Below are positions 19,854 to 29,680 of a DNA stretch of 64,000 nt, in pieces. The position numbers and the translations under genes were made by a program. The stretch lies in assembly GCA_965219415.1 (NCBI GenBank), contig CBDCNP010000002.1, positions 1,568,001 to 1,632,000 of the forward strand, written 5' to 3'. Under the pieces are notes generated by a model. It was not told where the DNA came from and did not search any database. It worked only from the letters and a program-made list of their open reading frames with translations. Origin of the DNA: Candidatus Marinacidobacterales bacterium. Lineage in GTDB: Bacteria > Acidobacteriota > Vicinamibacteria > Marinacidobacterales > DATDRI01. Positions within the stretch are counted from its first letter, which is position 1; the number at the start of each line of letters is the position of its first letter.

Positions 19854-20872
19854 CTAAATTAGGCCGGCGTTTCTTGGCGCCCCCTCCCGTACCGCTTCAG
19901 ACCAAGTAAAGGGAAGCGGGAGCAACCAGTTGTCCATGGTGGCGTTCTTGAGAAACTCCAAGGCGTCTCCGAGAACGCGAAGCTGCGTATTCTTACGATT
20001 CGGCGGGCCGACGATGCGGCCTTGCAAGAATCGTGTCGTGACCGCCCGAGGCGGACGGACCAAGCGGGCCATCGCTTCCCAGGCTTCGATGTACAACGTC
20101 ACGGTGGGTACGCCGGCGGTCTCGATGGCGCGCGCTAGCTGTCCCACGGACAGGTGACAAACCGGTCAGCCGGGGATCAAGAGCACCGCGTCGGCGCCGT
20201 CCGCTCGCACTTTCTCCGCCCATTCCGGGCCCGTGGTCTCGATCAGATGATCCACGTTGGAGAGACCCTTGTAGGAATACGCCTTGGGTGACACCTTGAT
20301 CACCCCTTGCTCGGCAAGCGTACGCATGCGATCCAGTGGAAAGATGACGTTGGGGTCTTGCTGCACGGCATTCAAATCGTAGGCGATGTGCTCGAAGACC
20401 AGGCGTGCTGGATCGGTACTGGCCGGAATCTCGCGGAGGCTGGGAAATCGTTCGAACGATTTCATCGGATCCCGAGTCGCGGCGGCTAGATCCAGCCCGT
20501 CCGGCAGAAACGTCGGTTGTTCGGGGAGACGCGCCGCGGCGCTCGTGAACAAGGCGATTCTCGCCTCCGAGAGCGGCTTCCGTAGTCGGGCGAGTGCGAC
20601 CGGAGCTTGAGGCACCTTGGGAGCCCAGAAGGGAGGTTTGTCGATTGGAAACGTGTAGCCGCCGACCTGAGACTGCTGCAGGAAGTCCCCCAAGCCACCG
20701 CTCTCACCGCTGTCGATGGCGACGACCACCTGCCGCAGCAGCTTTTGAAAAAAGCGTCGATCTTTTCTTCCGATTGCCCGTACAGGAACTTGAAGGTATT
20801 GTCCGCCCGCGCCCCATGGTAGAGGCTGGTCACAAACTCCTCGAGGGTTAGCTTTCTTTTTTCCTCACCCAT
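19854..20872 (-). CDS. Selenoprotein B (PrdB/GrdB-like) family protein with UxxC motif; one frameshift near 20745
   Basis: Track ORFs 20166..20729 and 19854..20147 are in frame across UGA 20166-20168: ADAVLLIPG-U-PVCHLSVGQLARAIETAGVPTVTL. The N-terminus MGEEKRKLTLEEF joins via a 1-nt shift in a T6/A4 run. Confidence 0.85.
20139..20153 (-). promoter_or_regulatory. Bacterial SECIS-like hairpin
   Basis: CTGTCC-GTG-GGACAG, a perfect 6-bp stem that begins 12 nt after the UGA. Confidence 0.65.
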
Positions 20873-20988
20873 CTAGTCTCCTAGCCACGAGATAGAGACG
20901 CGCCCCTCCTTTTATCACGTGTCGGAGGTCAGGGGGAGCCCCGGGTGATCCAACCACATGGTTGTATACAAGGAAAACCCCGCGAACG

Positions 20989-21017
20989 TTGACGATACGG
21001 GATCCCTCGGTTAGAAT
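20989..21017 (+). promoter_or_regulatory. Sigma70 promoter
   Basis: TTGACG-17 nt-TAGAAT upstream of ATG 21083. Confidence 0.7.
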
Positions 21018-21082
21018 CCCGGAACTCGACAGGCGACTTCTGAGCGACTTCACAGTGTCGAGACCTCGGCTTACGTAGAGAT

Positions 21083-21300
21083 ATGACGATCAGCCCTCGC
21101 CGCGTCACCGTTGGCTTGTTGTCCCTAGCGTGGCTTGCCACGACCGCCGCAATGGCCACAGACGGTGAGGGAAAGCTCCCCGTCCAGTACCGCGACAAAC
21201 CCTTCGCCGTAACCTTCGCCTCTCAGGCCGACATCTGGGTGGTCGGAGACTTCGGGCTGATGCTCTACAGTCCGGACGGCGGTGCAAGCTGGGAACGCCG
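21083..21300 (+). pseudogene. YCF48/BNR-repeat secreted protein, N-terminal fragment
   Basis: Signal peptide, then IWVVGDFGLMLYSPDGGASWERR; similarity ends after one repeat. Confidence 0.65.
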
Positions 21301-22168
21301 GACTCGGCAGCCGCGCACTACGAAAAAGCGCTTCTCGACCCTCAGGAAGACTATGTCGTCCGACTAGTTGCGGAGGAGAAGCTCCCCGCTCTCAGTGACC
21401 AAAGCGCTCGCACGTTCCGCCAGCTACTTCATGACCCGGATCCCACGCTCCGAGTGCTTGCCGCAGGGGCCCTTCTCGAGCTCGATGATCGAGCCGGACT
21501 CGCGGTCTTGGAAGAAGCTCTCGCCGGCGATGACCTCGACCTGAAGGTAGACGCGGCGGGCGAGCTTCTTCACGCCGGTGTGGAGCAAGCAAAGGCCTTG
21601 CGGGCTCTCGCCGACATCATCGAAAGCGGCGAGATGGAGCCCATTCCACGAAGCAACGCCGCCTACGCCCTCGGCGACACTAAGAATCCGGACGCGATTC
21701 CGATCCTGATCGAGGCCCTCAAGGACGCAGACCGCGCGGTGCGATTGGCCGCCGCTAACTCGATCGCCCTTTTCAGCGACACCATGGCGCCGCTCTTGAT
21801 GGATATGGCCACGACCGATCCCGATCCTCTCGTGCGGTTGGAGGCAGTGCACGGGCTCAAGGAGACCAGCAACCCAAAGGCCGACCTCGCCCTCAGCAAG
21901 GCACTCGAAGACCCCGATTGCATTCGTAAGACTGGCTGCCGCGTCGACGCTGGCCCAGAGAGGGGCAGCGGGAGACGCGGGGCTCGTCAAAATCGTTAGA
22001 ACCGAAATAGAAGGCAAGGACTACAACATCCGCATCGCCGCCATCACCGCGATGGGCCAAGTCGGTGGCGGCTCCGCGGCCGGCTACCTCGAGCCGTGGC
22101 TCGCCGAAGACGATCCGATGACAGGGCTCTTGGCGGCCATCGCCATCGACCGTATTCTCAGTCGCTAA
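21301..22168 (+). pseudogene. HEAT-repeat protein, 5' truncated and frameshifted
   Basis: RSNAAYALG, ALKDADRAVRLAAANSI, DPDPLVRLEAVHGL; continues in another frame to TAA 22166-22168. Confidence 0.7.
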
Positions 22169-22177
22169 GAAGGCGAA

Positions 22178-22950
22178 ATGAAAGTCCTTCGAACGACGTG
22201 CACCCTCGACTGTTTCGATACCTGCTCGGTGCTTGCCCATGTAGATGACGCGGGTCGCCTAGTTCGACTGCAGGGCGATCCCGATCACCCCATCACGCAA
22301 GGATTCCTTTGTCACAAGGTCTCGAAGTATCCGGAACGGGTGTACCACAAGGACCGCATCCTCTATCCGTTGCGGCGAGTCTCGAAGGGCTTCGAGCGTA
22401 TTTCTTGGAAAGACGCGATCGACTACGCAGCGTCGGAGCCGCTGCGCCTCAAGGAAAAGCACGGGCCGCAGACCCTCTTCACTCTCCGCGGTCACGGCTC
22501 GATGGGCGCCCTCAAGCTCCTCTACGAACGTTTCATCGCCCTTTGGGGCGGAGCCTCCCGCGCCCAAGGAAACTGCTGCGCCGGTGAAGCCGAGCTCGGC
22601 TTCATCAGCTCGTTCGGGAACCTCTTGTGCCACGACATCCGCGACGTCCAGAACAGTGAAACTGTCATTCTTTGGGGAAGGAATCCCGCCGCCACGCAAA
22701 TTCATCTTGTCCCCTGGCTCCGTATGGCGAGGCAACAAGGAACGGCCTCCTCTTGATCGATCCCGTCGTCACCGAAAGCAGCCCGCTCGTCGACCAGCAG
22801 ATCAAACCGCGCCCCGGGTTCGATCACGAGCTGGCGCAAGCCGCGGCATCGGTCATTCTGAGAAATGGCTGGATGGACGCGACCTTCGTCTCCGAGAAAA
22901 CCGACGAGTTCGAGACCTATCGCCGGCACATCGAGTCCGTCGACGTGGAG
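22178..22950 (+). pseudogene. Molybdopterin (Mo-bisPGD) oxidoreductase, N-terminal fragment, frameshifted near 22745
   Basis: TCTLDCFDTC FeS motif, GDPDHPITQGFLCHK, ILWGRNP, then LIDPVVT...IKPRPGFD in a second frame; truncated. Confidence 0.8.
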
Positions 22951-23135
22951 GAACGCGCCCTTCTACGAAAAGTTTCGTGAGGAGTTCGTGGAGCGCACTC
23001 GCAAGCTCCGGGTCGGCGACCCGTTGGACGAAGCCACGGAGTACGGTGCCGTGGTTTCCGAGGGGGCACATGGCCAAGGTGCTCGGTTGCATCGAGCAAG
23101 CCAAGGAAGAAGGCGGCAAGATCCTTTGCGGCGGC
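22951..23135 (+). pseudogene. Aldehyde dehydrogenase, internal fragment
   Basis: FYEKFREEFVERTRKLRVGDPLDEATEYGAVVS...HMAKVLGCIEQAKEEGGKILCGG. Confidence 0.75.
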
Positions 23136-23420
23136 CAAGGGCTTGCCGGTATCGATGGACTCCGCTCGCACCAACTCATCGCTCTTCGCCTCGATCCTCT
23201 CGGCGATGCGGGTCATAACCTTGCTACGCTCCATCGCCGGCGTCTCGCTCCAACCGGGAAAGGCCGCTTGTGCCGCGGCGATGGCCTCGTTCAGATCTTC
23301 CTGGTCGGAATCGGGAACCCTCGAGTACGCACGTCCCGTGGCGGGTTCGAAATTCTCGACGTAGCGCCCGGAGCTTGGCGGCCTCAATTCACCGCTCACG
23401 AAATTGCAAATGTCTTCCAT
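23130..23420 (-). pseudogene. Aldehyde dehydrogenase (aminomuconate semialdehyde dehydrogenase-like), N-terminal fragment
   Basis: NFVSGE...FEPATG...AIAAAQAAFPGWSETPAMERS...AESIDTGKPL; similarity then stops. Confidence 0.8.
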
Positions 23421-23544
23421 GCCGGTTGGACCCGAAGTGAACGTAGCACAAGAAACTCTAGGGAGGCAAAGGAGGAGGTCTACTCATCGTGCGCGGCGTG
23501 GCGTACAACGAGACCGCGGTCGCTCTCGAGTGAGCCTAGTGCAA

Positions 23545-23940
23545 CTAGACGACGGCGTAAGCCTCTACTTCGATCATCATGTCGGGCAGTGCGAGCTGTG
23601 CCACGCCGACCAACGTCTGCGCCGGCATTTTTCCCTTGAAGAACTCCGCCTGCACGGCGCCGTAGTCCTGTATCTTCTGCATATCGATGCCAACAAAATA
23701 TGAGCCCAGCTTCACGACATCATCGAGCGATGCCCCAGACTGCTCCAACACGGTGCGCATGTTCTCGAATGTCAGCCGCGCCTGAGCTTTGAAGTCCCCC
23801 GGATGCAAGACCTCGCCCTCCGCCGATATGCTCGACTGGCCGGAGACGACGATGAGGGACTTTGCACCGTCCACCTTCCAACACTGCGAGAATCCGAATT
23901 GGTTCTGCCACTTCCACGGGTTGACTTGTGTCTTTTCCAT
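23545..23940 (-). CDS. RidA/YjgF family protein
   Basis: VVSGQ, QARLTFENM, LDDVVK, PAQTLVGVAQLA, MIEVEA. Confidence 0.9.
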   Translation of the reverse strand: MEKTQVNPWKWQNQFGFSQCWKVDGAKSLIVVSGQSSISAEGEVLHPGDFKAQARLTFENMRTVLEQSGASLDDVVKLGSYFVGIDMQKIQDYGAVQAEFFKGKMPAQTLVGVAQLALPDMMIEVEAYAVV

Positions 23941-24046
23941 ACACTTCTCCTTTCGGGTCATTACACTACTTTGGAGATATCGTAGGGGTCAAGGAGAAAT
24001 GATAAACTCCCACGCCAGTCGCACCGATTCGAGCGCCTCAAGTTCT

Positions 24047-24535
24047 ATGGCCTATCGATACGAAGAGCAGGTCTCCGTCCACCCCATCGTGAAGGTCGCG
24101 TACGCTGCGATGCTCGTGGCGTACGTTGGATTCGGCCTGGGCGGAAGGGATCATACCGGCATTTTGTTGATCTTTCTTCCGGTCGTCGTGATTCTCATCG
24201 CCATCCCGCTTCTGTTCGGACGTCTGGTGTTTGAGGTCCACGAGGAAGCCATCCGCATTCGTTTCGGATATGTGGGGTGGCCGGGCAGGATCGTTCCGCT
24301 CGAGGACGTCGAGCGGAACGAGGTGGTCACCTATCGCCCCATTCGACAGTTCGGGGGTTGGGGCATTCGTGGCGGCAAGTTTCGAGGAGAATTCACCGGG
24401 GTCTACTCTCTGCGGGGAAACCGCGGGTTATTGCTCTACTTTAATAAGGACACTCGCTTCTTTATGTTTCGCGCTCGGAGGCTGATCCTCGGCAGCCAGG
24501 AGCCGGACAAACTCCAACAGGCGATCGGACGGTAA
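24047..24535 (+). CDS. Hypothetical membrane protein (two TM helices plus a PH-like soluble domain)
   Basis: YRPIRQFGGWGIR motif, LILGSQEPDKL ending. Confidence 0.7.
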   Translation: MAYRYEEQVSVHPIVKVAYAAMLVAYVGFGLGGRDHTGILLIFLPVVVILIAIPLLFGRLVFEVHEEAIRIRFGYVGWPGRIVPLEDVERNEVVTYRPIRQFGGWGIRGGKFRGEFTGVYSLRGNRGLLLYFNKDTRFFMFRARRLILGSQEPDKLQQAIGR

Positions 24536-24604
24536 CCCTGTGAATCATGACCCTTCGCACGAAACATGATATAGAGGCCCAGTATAGAAGGTCTAGGAGG
24601 TCCC

Positions 24605-25708
24605 ATGTCAGCAGGCGTATCCGAAAGACTGGCTCTCGACGAACCGCTCTCCCCCGCGCGCATCCTCATCTTCGGTGGAATCCTGATCGCCATCGTAGGT
24701 ATGTTCTTCGGGGAGTACTTCGCGATCTTTCACCTACATCAAAGCGGCATGACCATCGAGGCCGAGATGTTGAACTCGGTCCAGGCGGTGGCCGCCGGCG
24801 ACAGCGAGCCCATCGGTGGGTCGATGGAAAGAATCGGCAAAATGCTCGAGAACATGGGGACCAAGAAAGACACCCATACGCACTGGATCCAGCTCGCGTA
24901 TCTTTGCCTGATTCTGGGCTTCGTCCAGCCCTACATCGCCATCGGTGCCGATTGGAAGAGAAGATGGGCGATCATCTTGGTGGCGTCATCCTTTATTCTT
25001 CCTATCGGGGTCTTCGCGATCTACTACTTGGGCCTGTGGAGATCTCCGCTCGAGACCATCGGCTGGGGAAGCATCGTGGCCGACGCCGCGGGGGCAGTCT
25101 TCATCGTCGGCGTTTTCGCCCAATTCGTGGGTGCGGTCCGTCACTTTCGTCACGTTCCTGACAGGGGCGAGGTGGAGGCAGTGGCCAAAGACGATGAGGC
25201 GGAGCCGGCAAAGAGTTTTCTCCTTCGCTGGGGAGCGGTGCTGATTCTGATGGGCCTCCTTCACGGCGCCTACTACGCGGCGACCGGCTTATACGAAAAC
25301 GCGGAGAAGGACGTGAGCCTACTACAAGCCTCGCTAACCCACGCTATGGCCAACGACGTTCCCGCCGCCGAGCAAGCCGTGCACGACTACAACTGGCTCC
25401 AGGCCGAAAAAGCCATCTACATCGCGACCCACACTCACTTCATCGAGTTCGGATTGATGGCGATCCTCCTGGCCTTCGCCCAGCGTTTCGTCTTCCTATC
25501 CGATAAGTGGAAGCTCCGTTGGGCCCGGTGGCTAGTGGTAGGCGGCTTTCTCCTACCCGTGGCGGTCCAGTCCGAGCTCTGGTCGGGCCTTTACGGCGGC
25601 GCCGTTGCCGACCTCGCGGGGTTCCTCGTAATCACTGCGCTCTTGGGCATGTTGCTGGGTGTCATCCGGCATACCGGTGCCGTCGACGCCCGAGGAGGAA
25701 CGTCATGA
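24605..25708 (+). CDS. Membrane protein with two repeated four-TM domains, each with an HTH(W/F) motif
   Basis: Internal repeat: KDTHTHWIQLAYLCLILGFVQPYI and IATHTHFIEFGLMAILLAFAQRFV. Confidence 0.8.
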   Translation: MSAGVSERLALDEPLSPARILIFGGILIAIVGMFFGEYFAIFHLHQSGMTIEAEMLNSVQAVAAGDSEPIGGSMERIGKMLENMGTKKDTHTHWIQLAYLCLILGFVQPYIAIGADWKRRWAIILVASSFILPIGVFAIYYLGLWRSPLETIGWGSIVADAAGAVFIVGVFAQFVGAVRHFRHVPDRGEVEAVAKDDEAEPAKSFLLRWGAVLILMGLLHGAYYAATGLYENAEKDVSLLQASLTHAMANDVPAAEQAVHDYNWLQAEKAIYIATHTHFIEFGLMAILLAFAQRFVFLSDKWKLRWARWLVVGGFLLPVAVQSELWSGLYGGAVADLAGFLVITALLGMLLGVIRHTGAVDARGGTS

Positions 25709-26181
25709 CATCGGCCAACAAGACCTACATCGTCGGTGGTCTTCTGCTCGTCCTCATCGGGCTCATCTTCGGCGTCTACTACGCGATCTTCGATGAGCAT
25801 CAAACGCTGGTAGCAATGGGAATGGCCTTCGCGCAGTCCTTCTTCGAGGCTGCAGCCGGTAACCAAGCCGGCGTCTCCGAGAACATCGAGGTCTTCCGCG
25901 CCAACTCCTTCGAGTACATACGGGAGGTGAGCTTTCACGCCCACGTCATCGAGCTCGGCACCTTGGCGCTCATCATTCCTCTCTTCGCGCACCGGATCGG
26001 CTGGGACGACGGCAGGAAGTTACTCATTGCTCGTCTCTTTATCGTCGGAAGTCTGGCGTTTACGCTGGGAGTGTTGGCTCAGACTCTAGCGCTGAGCGGG
26101 GTGACGCAAGGGTTGGCGGTGATGGGGTCGGGACTCGTGATTGCTTGCGTCGGAACCCTAGTCGTGGGCCTGTTTAAATGA
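25705..26181 (+). CDS. Single-domain paralogue of the preceding membrane protein
   Basis: ATGA overlap with the upstream gene; SFHAHVIELGTLALIIPLFAHRIGW. Confidence 0.8.
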   Translation: MTSANKTYIVGGLLLVLIGLIFGVYYAIFDEHQTLVAMGMAFAQSFFEAAAGNQAGVSENIEVFRANSFEYIREVSFHAHVIELGTLALIIPLFAHRIGWDDGRKLLIARLFIVGSLAFTLGVLAQTLALSGVTQGLAVMGSGLVIACVGTLVVGLFK

Positions 26182-27548
26182 GGATGTGTCCCGAGGTCCG
26201 TGGAAAAAGAACGGCGCCCTCCACTCCGTCATCAGAGTATCATATCAGGCGGCGACCTCCGCGTGTTCGAGAACCTCGCTCAGACGTTGGTAGCCGTCGA
26301 TGCGTCGTAGTTGAATCTGGCCAGAGGCGATAAGCCCAAACAGCAAAGCGACCGCAGACTCCTCGCTGGAGAACGACGCTTGGGTTTTCGTCCGGCGTCG
26401 AAACTCGCGGTTGAGATTCTCCAGAGCTTTGGTCGTTCGAAACGATTTCCACATGGCACGAGGGAATTCGTAGAAGGTCAGCAGCTGATTACCGGCCTCC
26501 TCTAGGCTTCGGACGACGGCCGGCGCGAGAGGCGTCCACTTGGCGACGAGCTCGTCATAGGCTTTGCGAGCATCGAACCCGTTCTTGGCGTAGACGATCC
26601 GGTTGTAGTCACGCCGGAGCTCACGGCGTGCGTGCGCCGGGCAATGTTGGAGCAAGTTGGCGCGCTTGTGCTCGGTACATCGCTGCAACCGGCACCCCGG
26701 CCACTTCTCCAGCGCTTTCGTCAGCCCCTTGTGGCCGTCGCTGATCACTAGCTTGGGAGCCCGGAGTCCTCGAGCCTGGAGTCCCTCCAGCACGGAGCCC
26801 CAATGCGTCGAGGCTTCGCTCACCGCCAGACGCAATGACAACAGACGTTTGTGCCCGTCTGGCGCGACCCCGAGCGCGGCCAGTACGGGTACGCTGATCA
26901 CACGTTTCGCCATCCGCACTTTCAGGTGGAAGCCGTCCAGGTAAACGATCGCGTAGATCTCCTCGCTGAGAGCACGGTTCTGCCATTCCTCGAAGCGCTC
27001 CTTCAGTCGGCTAACCACGCGAGACACCGCGCTCTTCGATAGGTGCTCCTCACCGAGCAGTGGTTTCAGCGCTTTGCGGATCCGGCGGCTATTCGCGCCC
27101 GACAAGTACGTCCCCAAGAGCGCCTCGTCGACCTCACGAGTCCGGCGCGCGTACCGGGGCAACAGCTCGCTCCTGAACTCTGTCGTTTCTCCCGTTTCCT
27201 CGTCTCGCACGCGGGCTCGTGGCACCCGGAGCTCGCGAGTTCCCACCGACGTCGTCGCGCGACGGGTTTCGGCTCCGTTGCGATATCCACGGCGGTCTTC
27301 CGCACGCTCGTAGCTACCACACCCCAGCGCTTGGTCGACTTCTTCCTCAAGCACAACCTCGATCGCCTCCAGTACCCGCTTACGCAGCCGAAGTTGGACG
27401 AACTCCCGGTACTCGCTTACAGACTCCTTCAATATGGTGGTAGGCTTCTTCATGGCGTAATCCTCCTCCTCGCCTTTCCAGGCGCGGTTTCGTTTTGCTT
27501 AACCGGAGGTTACGCCATTCTTATTTCCACGGGAAGCGGGACGGATCC
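26182..27548 (-). mobile_element. IS256 family element, complete, with 8-bp target duplication
   Basis: Imperfect terminal IRs GGATGTGTCCCGAGGTCCGTGGAAAAAGAA and reverse complement GGATCCGTCCCGCTTCCCGTGGAAATAAGAA; TTAAATGA at 26174-26181 and 27549-27556. Confidence 0.92.
26245..27453 (-). CDS. IS256 family transposase
   Basis: GYRNG, VPRAR, YLDG, ISDGHKG, QRCTEHK, TTKALENLNREFRRR. Confidence 0.95.
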   Translation of the reverse strand: MKKPTTILKESVSEYREFVQLRLRKRVLEAIEVVLEEEVDQALGCGSYERAEDRRGYRNGAETRRATTSVGTRELRVPRARVRDEETGETTEFRSELLPRYARRTREVDEALLGTYLSGANSRRIRKALKPLLGEEHLSKSAVSRVVSRLKERFEEWQNRALSEEIYAIVYLDGFHLKVRMAKRVISVPVLAALGVAPDGHKRLLSLRLAVSEASTHWGSVLEGLQARGLRAPKLVISDGHKGLTKALEKWPGCRLQRCTEHKRANLLQHCPAHARRELRRDYNRIVYAKNGFDARKAYDELVAKWTPLAPAVVRSLEEAGNQLLTFYEFPRAMWKSFRTTKALENLNREFRRRTKTQASFSSEESAVALLFGLIASGQIQLRRIDGYQRLSEVLEHAEVAA

Positions 27549-27726
27549 TTAAATGACTCCACGCTTCAGTCGGCCAGAGGGTTCTCCCATCTGAGCTCGG
27601 AAAAGCGGGAAAAGTCACTGTCGCACGAGACTGGTGCCGCACCATAGGAAATCGCCAGTGACGCCAGATGTGCGTCGGTAGTCAAATTTCCAGCGGTCCC
27701 CGTCTGTTCCAGATAACCCTTCAAGT

Positions 27727-29100
27727 GAGCTCTTGTCAATAGGTGTGTAAAAAAGTTCAGGCAGCAGCAACCTTCGACGACTCCGTTACCCTGTCTCCAT
27801 CTTCAAATCGAACGCCCAGGTGAACCTCTCGCATCAGCTCCGGTGCGTTGAGCCGGCGAAAATTCTTCTCCGCAACCAGAAGCAGTTTGAAGATTGTCGC
27901 AGTGGCGGACTCGACTTTCTTGAACCTTTTGGCCGCATCCGTTCTCAATCTCAGTGCAGCGAACGGTGACTCCACGACGTTGCTCGTGCGAAGGTGTTGC
28001 CAGTGAGGCTTGGGAAAGGAATAGAAGCTGACCATCCGCTCCCAGTCCTCGTCGAGCACGTGCGCGGCCCCCGGAAGACCCTTGCGCAAGCACCAATCCT
28101 GGAACTTTGGCCTTCTTCGTCTCGCACTCCTGCAGGCTGGTGGGGTAGGGGGTCGCCGTCAACAGCGGCTTGGCCTGCGCCTGGTCCCTTTTCGGAATCC
28201 GGTCCAGTACGTTGAGGATTCGGTGGTTCCAGCACCGCTGCTCCTCAGCTTCTGGAAATACGTTTCGGGTCGCGGCCCAGATGCCGAGATGACCGTCACC
28301 GATCACCAAACGGGGACATCTCAGACCGCGCTTCTTCAGTCTCCGTAGCAGCGACGACCATGACGCTTCGGGATTCTCGATGCCCGGCCTCCAGCGTCAG
28401 GACGATTTTCGTCCCGTCGGACAGGCCACCAACCGCAACTAGCACCGCCGCCTTGTCCTTCTCAAGGCCGGCCTTCACGTACACGCCATCTACCCACAGG
28501 GACACGAGCTCGAGTTCGTCCAGTGGGCGAGCTAGCCACTGCTCGTACTCTCCCTGCCATTTCTGTTTCAGCCGCGACACCGTGCTGGGAGAAAGTGGAG
28601 CGTCCTCCCCTAGAAGCCCGCGGAGCGCCAAATCGAAATCTCCGTGAGCTAATCCATGCAGGTACAGCTCCGGAATCAACTCGCTCACCGTTTCGCTCCG
28701 ACGCTTGAACAGCGGAAGCACTCGACTTTCGAACCTCTCCTCCACGTCCCCTACTCTCGGCCGGCGAACCGTCACCGTGCCCACGCTCATCGTCAGCTTC
28801 CGAGGCTTACCGTATCCATTTCGATAGCCCGCCGTTGTGTCCACGGGCTTCCGTCTCTCCGATTTCTCACGCCCGAGAAGCTCCGTGACTTCGGCTACCA
28901 TCAGCTCCTGCACCCAATCCTGGATTTCAAGCCTCGCCCACTTCTCCAGCGACTCCCAAGCCACCCTTGACGAGCTCCGTCGTCTTGTGGTCTTTTCCTT
29001 CATGGCGGTGTCTCACTTCCGTTGGCCCTTCAGGCCGTGTTTCGTGACGCGGAAGGTTACTCCGCCTTTACTTTATTTCCACACCTTCTGAGGGTAGCTC
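27727..29100 (-). mobile_element. IS256 family element with a frameshifted transposase and no flanking target duplication
   Basis: IRs GAGCTCTTGTCAATAGGTGTGTAAAAAAGT and reverse complement GAGCTACCCTCAGAAGGTGTGGAAATAAAGT; the flanks differ. Confidence 0.85.
27757..29003 (-). pseudogene. IS256 transposase split over three frames
   Basis: GYRNG/WVDG (28296..29003), IGDGHLG/QRCWNHR (27803..28309), RTSNVVES (27757..28089). Confidence 0.85.
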
Positions 29101-29680
29101 GGTTCTAGTGGCGCTTGCCCTGTCGCTTCCTGGACGATCTGGTACGCAAGCTGGTTCATGTCTCGCGGGAGCTTTTTCTTACTTGCTCGAGTAGGCATGG
29201 CCCCAGGATACCACAGGGCGAGCGGTCCATCGGGTTTGGATTTCAAACTAGACCACTACCAGACTCCCAAGGCCGATTGTCAGCCGGAAAGCAGTGTGTT
29301 ACCCTCAGTTAGTTTCCTAACTCACAATTTAAGAACAACCAAGCCGGTTTTCGCAGGCAGCCATCGTCCCGTCGTCAATTTCGTATCTAAAGGAGGGATA
29401 CGTCATGCGAAAACTCTGGATCGGCACGCTTTTGGCCCCGTTCGTTCTCTCTCTGACCGCAACCAAGGCAGCGGTCGAGCCCTCGCAAGAGCAGATTACC
29501 GTCCTCTCTAGTGAGGCTACCTATGTAGGGCCGTTGCTCCACGACCAAGCGCTCCGGCAGCGACAGTCGCTGCAACGCGAGCAAAGAACCGGCGTCATCG
29601 ACGTCTATAACGTCTGGACGAGCGACGTGAAAGTCAAGCTCAATAGCGCCCTCCGCGTCACTGGCCATTCCTATCAGAGC

